Below are positions 55,439 through 64,000 of a stretch of DNA of 64,000 nucleotides, piece by piece (position 1 is the first letter of the stretch; each line of letters opens with the position of its first letter). The stretch lies in assembly GCF_009914755.1 (NCBI RefSeq), contig NC_060944.1; one strand, written 5' to 3'. The stretch is from the human T2T-CHM13v2.0 reference genome, Homo sapiens. Below the pieces are notes generated by a model. The model saw only the letters and a list, made by a program, of their open reading frames with translations, did no database searches and was not told where the DNA came from. Made by a program: the position numbers and the translations under genes.

Positions 55439-56447
55439 TAGTGACATTCTGGGTTGGTTAATTGTTCATTGTGGAGGGCTGTCATATAGTGACATTCTGG
55501 GTTGGTTAACTGTTCATTGTGGAGGGCTGTCATACAGTGACATTCTGGGTTGGTTAACTGTTCATTGTGGAGGGCTGTCATATAGTGACATTCTGGGTTG
55601 GTTAACTGTTCATTGTGGAGGGCTGTCATATAGTGACATTCTGGGTTGGTTAAGTGTTCATTGTGGAGGGCTGTCATATAGTGACATTCTGGGTTGGTTA
55701 ACTGTTCATTGTGGAGGGCTGTCATATAGTGACATTCTGGGTTGGTTAACTGTTCACTGTGGAGGGCTGTCATATAGTGACATTCTGGGTTGGTTAATTG
55801 TTCACTGTGGAGGGCTGTCATATAGTGACATTCTGGGTTGGTTAATTGTTCATTGTGGAGGGCTGTCATATAGTGACATTCTGGGTTGGTTAACTGTTCA
55901 TTGTGGAGAGCTGTCATATAGTGACATTCTGGGTTGGTTAACTGTTCATTGTGGAGGGCTGTCATATAGTGACATTCTGGGTTGGTTAACTGTTCATTGT
56001 GGAGGGCTGTCATATAGTGACATTCTGGGTTGGTTAACTGTTCATTGTGGAGGGCTGTCCTATAGTGACATTCTGGGTTGGTTAACTGTTCATTGTGGAG
56101 GGCTGTCATATAGTGACATTCTGGGTTGGTTAACTGTTCATTGTGGAGGGCTGTCCTATAGTGACATTCTGGGTTGGTTAATTGTTCATTGTGGAGGGCT
56201 GTCATATAGTGACATTCTGGGTTGGTTAACTGTTCATTGTGGAGGGCTGTCATATAGTGACATTCTGGGTTGGTTAACTGTTCATTGTGGAGGGCTGTCA
56301 TATAGTGACATTCTGGGTTGGTTAACTGTTCATTGTGGAGGGCTGTCCTATAGTGACATTCTGGGTTGGTTAATTGTTCATTGTGGAGGGCTGTCATATA
56401 GTGACATTCTGGGTTGGTTAACTGTTCATTGTGGAGGGCTGTCATAT
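55439..56447. repeat. Minisatellite/VNTR, 21 x 48 bp
   Basis: Unit GTGACATTCTGGGTTGGTTAACTGTTCATTGTGGAGGGCTGTCATATA; exact 48-bp phase from 55441 to 56401, no indels. Confidence 0.99.
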
Positions 56448-56506
56448 GCACTGTAGGATGCTTAGCAGCATCCCCGGACTCCACCCACTAGATGCCAGGA
56501 GCATAC

Positions 56507-56871
56507 TGTCTCAGTCCATTTATGCTGCTGTAACAGAATACCACAGACTGGGCGATTTATAAACAACAGAAAATTATTTCTCATAATTCTGGAGGCTGAG
56601 AAGTCCAAGATCCAGGTGCCAGTAGACTAAGTGTCTGTGAAGCTCTCTGCTTCATGATGATGCCTTGTTGCTCCATCTTCATATGGCAGAAGGTAGAAGG
56701 GCAAAAGGACCTGGCTAGTTTGCGCTAGCCCCTTTATAAGGCACTAATCCCATTAATGAGGATAGACCCATCATGGCTCAGTCACCTCCTAAAGGCCCCA
56801 CTTCTTAATACTGTTACACTAGGGATTAGGTGTCAACATGAATTTTGGACACAAACTTTTAAACCATAGAG
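56507..56871 (-). mobile_element. MST-family (MSTC/D-like) solo LTR inside MER20
   Basis: TGTCTCAGTCC...AAACCATAG; TSD CATAC/CACAC. Confidence 0.85.
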
Positions 56872-57134
56872 CACACCTTCTCCCCCACCCCCGAGGTGTG
56901 ACAACTAACAGTGTCTCCAGACATTGGCAAATGTCCTCGGAGGCACAAACTCACATTTGGTTGAGAACCACTGCTTCACACCAAAGTAAGGACTTTGTTA
57001 ATTTGAGTGGTTCTTTCATTTTAAGGAAAGTCCTCTGGCTGGCTGAAGGGGAACAAAGATGGGACCAGGGAAGAAAATTAGCACATGGCCATTTGGGAGG
57101 TGAGGATACCTAGAAGCTGACTGGGGCTGGCTGG

Positions 57135-57484
57135 CGATATGGTTTGGCTCTGTGTCCCCACCCAACTCTCATCTCAAATTGTAATCCCCACGTGTCAAGG
57201 GAGGGAGGTGATTGGATTGTGGGAATGGTTTCCCCCGTGCTATTCTCATGATAGTGAGTTCTCACAAGATCTTATAAGGTGCTCTTGTGCCTTCCCTCAC
57301 ACTTCTCTCTCCTGCCACCATGTGAAAAAGGTCCTTGCTTCCCCTTTGCCTTCTGCCATGATTGTAAATTTCCTGAGGCCTCCCCAATCATATGGACCTG
57401 TAAGTCAATTTGTAAACCTCTTTTCTTTATAAATTACCCAGTCTCAGGCAGCTCTTTTTAGCAGTGTGAGAACAGACTAATAGA
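57135..57484 (+). mobile_element. THE1C/D-like solo LTR
   Basis: GATATGGTTTGGCTCTGTGTCCCCACCCAA...GACTAATAGA; perfect TSD GCTGG. Confidence 0.92.
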
Positions 57485-57699
57485 GCTGGGGTTGGTCAGG
57501 AGTGAATCAGATTTTGGATATTTGGAATGATTAACCATCAGGATTTGCTGACAGACTGGAGACCAGGTATAAAGAAGGAGTCAAAAATAACTACGAGGAT
57601 GTGGGCCTGGGCAGGGAGGATGCAGGCAAGGAGCAGGTTCCTGGGGACATTGAGAGCTTGGTTTGAACATTTTGTATTTGAGAATATTGATTATTCTCT

Positions 57700-57850
57700 G
57701 TATTCTCCCTCACAATAACCCTGAGAGGTGGGTATGCTCTCCTTTTACAATAAGAGGACCCTGAAGCTCATGGAGCTTGGTTAATTGCCCAAGGTCACAC
57801 AATCTGTAAAAGACAGAAAGGGACTTAAATCCAGACATGTCTAACTACTA
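57700..57850 (-). mobile_element. MIR
   Basis: CCTCACAATAACCCTGAGAGGT...TTGCCCAAGGTCACACA. Confidence 0.75.
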
Positions 57851-58109
57851 ACCCCCTCCTCCTTGATATACTTTGAAGTGATTTTGTATGGTTTAGAAGC
57901 CTCCAGTATGAAGTAATAGTATAGTATTTTATACCCTGCAGAGTTTAATTCAGTAGACTAATTTTTCATGAAATGCAGTTCTGCTAAATACTAACATTTC
58001 AAAGCAGAGACAGTTGTTTCTTTTGCATTTTATAGCAGGATAGAACACAAACATGAACCTTAGGAAGTATTTTGCATACAGTAGTAAAATAAATTACATG
58101 GAATATCAG

Positions 58110-58260
58110 GGCTATGGTTTGAATGTGTGTCTCCGTCCAAAATTCATACATTGGAACTTAAACACTGCTGTGTGGTGATGGGACTAAGAGATGGGATCTT
58201 TAAGAAGTGATCTTTAGGACTAGTGACCTTATAAAAGGGCTGGAGGGAACTAGATAGGCA

Positions 58261-58291
<31 letters not shown>

Positions 58292-58484
58292 TTCCACCGT
58301 GTAGGGACACAGTGTTCAAGGGGCCCTCTTAGAAGCAGAGACCAGGTCCTCACTAAACACTGAATCTGCTGGTAACTTGATCTTGGACTTTGCAGCCTCC
58401 AGAACTGTGAGAAATAAATTTCTATTATTTATAACTTACCCAGTCTGTGCTATTTTATTATAGAATCATGAACAGACTAACACA
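58110..58484 (+). mobile_element. MSTD-like solo LTR with internal T28 run
   Basis: GCTATGGTTTGAATG...GACTAACACA; perfect TSD ATCAG. Confidence 0.9.
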
Positions 58485-59322
58485 ATCAGTGGTTAGTTGG
58501 ATTTTAAGTGAGTTCTAAGTTGCTATTTCTCCATCTGTCCTGTTGGTACCTAGTCCTACCAGTTATATGGCAAATCAATGGTCTGTGGTCAGTTTTGTTT
58601 GGAAATATACCCCGAGTCCCTCTGCTAGGGATCTATAATACACAGACTACTTCTCCCTTCTCCCCTCCAGCACCTCCAAAATATATTAAGCATCTCACAG
58701 GTACAGGTGGTGCTAAACCATTTTTCCATCTCGAATATATTTCTATAGGTCTGCTATGGTCATGGCTATGTCCAGATATTAATTCATTCTGTATGTTTTT
58801 TTTTTTTTTTAAATATACACATCCTTAGAGCTTAGGTATGATGCTAGTAGGCTATTTTGCTCCTCTGTCATTTTTCTGCCAAACCCTTCTGACTTTTTAG
58901 CTGTGCTACCACCAGACCACTGAGTGATTAACGTGAATGGATTTTCTTGAAATAGATCCTGAGACCTTTTGCATCTAAAAGCAGGTTCCCTATCTCTTTC
59001 AGCTATATAATTGTGTATTTAAACAGTGGGACTCAACAAGGTAATTGCAGTCTTGGAGTTCCTAGCAGAGTGAGCCATCGAGCCGGCAGTAGGGAGCTGT
59101 GTGCCATGATTGATTCCATGGGGGTTTGGGAAATTTGAGGTGATATGAGCCGAACTGCTCTGAAGAGTTGCCCACAGGTATCTCTGCTGTTACACCTTGT
59201 ATAGTTTTGTGATGACTTAACCTAATATAAAAGATCACACTGTCATTTCTCTTTGAGAATAATCAGTGCCAAGGGAGGTTTCTTAGGAGGTCTTTGGCAC
59301 TTTATTCTTGATGAGTTTTTGG

Positions 59323-59435
59323 CAGGGCCAGGTTCATGAATGTGTGACCTGTGGAATTGCACAGGGTTCTAGACTCAGAAAGGTCCTGCCTGTGTTTTGT
59401 GTTTGGTTTAAAGATAGCTGTCAGAGTCTTGAATT
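59323..59435 (+). mobile_element. MER45A 5' part
   Basis: CAGGGCCAGGTTCATG...TGACCTGTG...GCACAGGG...CTCAGAAAGG. Confidence 0.75.
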
Positions 59436-59781
59436 TTTTTTTCTTTTTTTTTTTTTTTGAGATAGGGTCCTGCTGTGTCACCCAGGCTGGAGTGCAGTGG
59501 TGTGATCACCGTTCACTGTAGCCTCGTCCTCCCAGGGTCTCCATAGGGAGGCCCTGTCTCTACAAAAACAAACAAAAAAATTAGCTGGGCATGGTGGTGC
59601 ACACCTTTAGTACCAGCAAGTCAGGAGTCTGAGGTGGGAGGATTGCTTGAGCCTGGGAGGTTGAGGCTACAGTGAACTGCACTCCAGTCTGAGTGACATA
59701 GCAGGACCCTATCTCAACAAAAAAAGAAAAAAAAATGTCAAGACAGTAATAGCAGAGCTTTAATTCAAACACAGAGCCTTT
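59379..59781. repeat. Inverted duplication of a MER45A-AluJ junction (arms ~59379-59539 and ~59649-59781)
   Basis: Arms are reverse-complementary through the Alu 3' end, the tail and ~45 bp of non-Alu flank. Confidence 0.85.
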
Positions 59782-60061
59782 ATATGCTATAGCTCAGGTT
59801 GGAGCACCTATCCGTTAATTAGCAGTTTTGCCCAAAAGGGGCCTATGCAGATCTCAGGCCCCTCTCAGAATCTATGTTCTAGTTGGAAACAAGGGCTAAT
59901 CATCTGTATGTAAAACAAGCTTTCAGGCAAGATGCAAAATGCTTCTTGATCAGCAGCATTGCCAAGGTGAAAGTTAACTATGCATGTTCACTCATCATTC
60001 AACAAATATTTATTGAGCACCTACCATGTGCTGGGCACTGTGCTAGGAGCTGGGATGGACG

Positions 60062-60480
60062 CTATCTTGGGTTCCTTGTGAAGCAGACGCCATGACAAAG
60101 ATTTGAGTGCAAGTGACTTATTGGAAAGATGATCGCAGGAAATACTGGTAGAAGAGTAAGAAAGTGAGACAGAGACATGAAGGAAGCCAATAAATGGTTT
60201 GTTTTCACAGAGAAAAACTACAACTATGTGCAACTAGGGCCTAATCCACTGAGGACCAGTGTAGAACATGCCTCGGAATTTTCCTGTAGAAAGACACAGG
60301 TTGGTTCCTTTCCCACTAACTCTGATCCATCTGGTTGAGAGCTGCCCAGGGTTATTTCCAGCCTGCCCCCTGTGTCAGAATGAACACAACTCCTCAGCTA
60401 GAGAAAGCTCTTAGGCAAAGAATCACAGCATTTGTATTAGAAAGCTGTATGTGAATATTAGATTAGTGGGTGCTAAGCGT
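60062..60480 (-). mobile_element. ERVL LTR16-like LTR within an antisense L2 tail (starting ~59985)
   Basis: GGGTTCC...GAAGCAGAC...GATTTGAGTGCAAGTG; preceded by CATTCAACAAATATTTATTGAGCACCTAC. Confidence 0.65.
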
Positions 60481-61319
60481 GAGGGGATGAAGAGTGACAA
60501 GTTGGGGCCACCATTTTGAATAGATTGGTAGGACAGAGCTTTCTGAAGAGGTGACTCTTGAAAAAAGACCTATGTCTTTTTAAAATTTTACTATTTCAAA
60601 AATGGGAGTCATGCATCAAGAAAAATAGGATTCTTAAGTCATGTTGTATATAATAGACAAATAATAAACATATATTTTGATCTTTGGGAATGTTTATATT
60701 CTTGAAAACATTATAACTTTCAGAGAGTATTTGGCTATTTGGTTGGTAATTTTCTTGACAATCTCTTTTTGAATACTGTGGCATCTTTTCATCTATATTC
60801 TAGGTTTTCTCAGTGTTAGACCATTAGACCTCATGATCAGAATATTACAGTTTTCAAAACCAAAGTTACTGTCTTCTTTAAAGTATGGGATATAGTGTCT
60901 TTAAGCATGAACTGCTTTTTTTTTTAAAAAAAATTGGAAGCTATCACTCTTTTTATACACGTTCATTGTGAACTTGGTGTTTCGTGTTTTTAAACAACTG
61001 AATGATTATAAGTAAAGAAATGACTGCCTTGAGTAGGATAGTGAAATAATAGGAAGTGAAATATAAATTTTCACATTAGAAAAAAATGATTCCCACTTCT
61101 TTGTTGGGACAAGAATGTGAAGAGTGTTCCTTATGATTAAATGACTCAAAATTGACTCACTTTGTCTAATTAATAGATAGGCCTTACTGTTTAGATGTTT
61201 GTATTTTACAAATGTATTTTCCAACACAAAACCACTGGAGGGTGAACTCAGGTAATTTTAGCTACATTTTTTTTTCCTGTAAAACATAGTTTCACATAGC
61301 TTTAAAATCAACCTTTTTG

Positions 61320-61654
<335 letters not shown>

Positions 61655-62124
61655 TCAACCCAAATGGATGCATCTGTAAAATTGTATCTCTCATAAATCA
61701 TTCTAATAATATTTGCGGTGATTATAAAAGGAAAATACATGGGGCTTGCTAATTATGAGAAGACATTTGTTTGTTTGCTTGCTTAACAGTTACTTCATGC
61801 ATTGTCCTAATGCTTCTTTGCAGAAATCTTTTAGTAGTTAGTGCCTCTCTTTTTGTGCAGTAAGCAATGGATCAGACTGTAAGCTTTTACTTTACTAAGT
61901 GAGGCGATGGCAAGATTTTAAGACCAAATTAGGAAGTTTGGTTTTTCTCTGGAAACTATTTCATTTTTAGTCCAATTTTAGTCTAGAAAAATAGGGTTAC
62001 AAACAAAGCCTAATAATTCATTGCTTAACAGAAGTTAAATGAAAAACTGCAGTTTGCATCAACTTCCTGGTTTTTCGCAAAATCATCCCGCATATTCTTT
62101 TTAGCTTTGTGTGGAACTGGGGCT

Positions 62125-62247
62125 TATCACACTTTAATGTGGATATGAGTCACCTGGAGTTGGTGTTAAAATGTAGATTCTGCACGTCCAACAAGCATCC
62201 AGATGATGCAGATGCTGCTGGTCTGTGGGCACCTTTGAGGAGCAAGG
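62125..62247. mobile_element. MER5A1-like fragment
   Basis: CACTTTAATGTG...AACAAGCATCCAGATGATGCAGATGCTGCTGGTC...TTTGAGGAGCAAGG. Confidence 0.7.
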
Positions 62248-62251
62248 TTTC

Positions 62252-62767
62252 TGTGTTGGTTAATTTTATACGTCAACCTGACTCGGCTAAGGGTTGCTCG
62301 ATAGTTGGTAAAACATTATTTCTGGCTGTGTCTGTAAGGATGTTTCTAGAAGAGATTAGCATTTGAATTGGTAGACAGAGTAGAAAACAGTGTCTTCACC
62401 AGTGCAGGTGGGTATCATCAGCAGTTCATTGAGGGGGTGAATAGAAGACAAGTGCAGAAATGGTGAATTCTTCTCTTTCTGCTTGAGCTTAGACATCCAT
62501 CATCTCCTGCTCTGCCCTTGGACATCGGTGCTCCTGGTTCTTGGGCTTTTTGACTCAGGCTGGGATCCCATCAATCCTCCTGACCTCCTATCTCAGGCCT
62601 TTGGACTCTTATTGAATTACACCACCAACTTTCCCGGCTCTCCAACAGATTGTGGGACTTCTTGGCCTCCCTAACTGCATGAGCCAATTCTTAGAATAAA
62701 TCTCAGTTTATATATATCTCTCTATATCCTACTGGTTCTGTTTCTCTAGAGAACCCTGACTAATACA
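62252..62767 (+). mobile_element. MLT2 (C/D-like) ERVL solo LTR
   Basis: TGTGTTGGTTAATTTTAT...GGTTCTGTTTCTCTAGAGAACCCTGACTAATACA; TSD GTTTC/GTCTC. Confidence 0.9.
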
Positions 62768-63569
62768 GTCTCAGACAACTGGCTTCAGGATTCATCTTGC
62801 CTAACTGTGGGGGCAAAACCATGCCTGGGGAGGGGTGGACTGCTTTGAAAAACAAAGAGGTTTTGGAGATAAAGTTAGCCTGAAAATTTTTCTGATTCAG
62901 ACAACCTTGCATCAGAAAAATTTTGATGAGCCTTGCTTAGGAGTGCAAAAAGCAGACGTTACAGTTTTAAGCAGAAAGGGCTCTTGATGTTAAGTAAAGG
63001 ACTGGTAGAGATTACAGAAGAATTTCAGGTACTGTAGTAATTACAGAGGCAGAACTCTTTTCTCCTTAGCAACAGTCTATGTGTGGGGAGCAGAAGCTTG
63101 TTATAGCAGAGGTCACTACAGAGAAATCTGTGTGTGCAGGCAGAGTCAAAAGCAATTGAAACAAGTTTGCACTAATGACTTTGGGGACCAGAGTGCCCTG
63201 ACAATGGAATAGGAGGGCCATATTATCAGGGGTGACCTCTAATTTGCAATTAAAATGACTTCTGGGCATGTAAATGGACAACTGGGTGGGAGGATTGTGT
63301 AATGTGGGTGGCACTCAGTGAATTTCTTTATCTTAGACTTTGATGAAGGAAAGTTATTCCCCTGCTCCTTGCAAGCTCGATAGTGACAGATGGTTGTTGC
63401 TTCCTTGCTGGTTTCTGTTCCTAGAGGAATAAAGTAGGAATTGGTGTTCAGAATTCAGGCTATGGAAAGATACTGATGTTTGGGTGGACAATTTAGGTAT
63501 AAGAGGACATTGGCTGCTGTTACTCAACCAAGGCAAAGAAGGGTTGTGGAAAGTCATGAAGATTAGGGG

Positions 63570-63740
63570 TAGCCAAAACTACTCATGTGATCCTTGAGCA
63601 GGTTATTAACCTCTTCTAGCATCAGGTTAGTCTGCTTTCATGAGGGTAATAAGGCCTATCTTTGGTGGGTTGGAGATTTTATTTATGAGGGGCCTAGCAG
63701 AATATTTAGTACAAAGGTTCTCAGTAAGCGGAGGTGTTAT
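63570..63740 (+). mobile_element. MIR
   Basis: GTGATCCTTGAGCAGGTTATTAACCTCT core. Confidence 0.55.
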
Positions 63741-64000
63741 TTTAGAAATTTATCTTGAGGTATAGCTCATGATTAGATTTCAAGATGAGAGCTAGAGTTC
63801 TGAATTGAATTTAAACTTGAATTTCATCAATACAGTATAGCGACAAAGCCCAGAGGGAATATAAGAGATGTAGGCAATGTAAAATGCAAGAAAGCAAGAT
63901 GCTCAGTGTAGTAAGAAAACTGGTAGATTAATATTTTCCACAAATGTGACAAAATACAAATTTATTTACAGAGCTCTTGGCACATTAATGGGTGAAATGC

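Larger units (their letters stand above)
55416..56973 (-). mobile_element. MER20 hAT-Charlie element, expanded by a minisatellite and interrupted by an LTR
   Basis: CCTCGACACTAGTGACATT...; GCACTGTAGGATGCTTAGCAGCATCCC...CCCACTAGATGCCAG; GTCTCCAGACATTGGCAAATGTCC...GGTTGAGAACCACTG. Confidence 0.9.

Noticed and set aside
55439-56447. CRISPR-like array
   Set aside because: Units are head-to-tail with no unique spacers, the context is primate DNA, and there are no cas genes
55380-56484. 358-aa and 348-aa ORFs as protein-coding genes
   Set aside because: They are translations of a 48-bp MER20-derived tandem repeat with TTG/GTG starts and no gene structure

Overview
This is primate (human-like) non-coding genomic DNA, probably intronic. 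It is dominated by interspersed repeats: Alu (J/S/Y, FLAM/FRAM), L2, MIR, old L1 3' ends, MaLR/ERVL/ERV1 LTRs and non-autonomous DNA transposons (MER5, MER20, MER2, MER45, MER63, MER113, MADE2). One THE1A element is full length with an intact 5-bp TSD. I found no protein-coding gene or RNA gene I can support, and I cannot name the locus. The long ORFs trace to repeats or low-complexity DNA. The most unusual structures are: (1) a 21 x 48-bp minisatellite grown from inside a MER20, open on both strands, with higher-order structure; (2) a fold-back inverted duplication of a MER45A/Alu junction at ~59.4-59.8 kb; (3) two spaced direct duplications of unique DNA (~300 bp and ~127 bp); (4) a CpG-enriched promoter/first-exon-like patch with nearby splice sites at ~33.3-33.8 kb. 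I do not see evidence for a new biological system. Repeat subfamily names come from recalled consensus sequences, not a database search. Old-repeat boundaries and percent identities are hand estimates.
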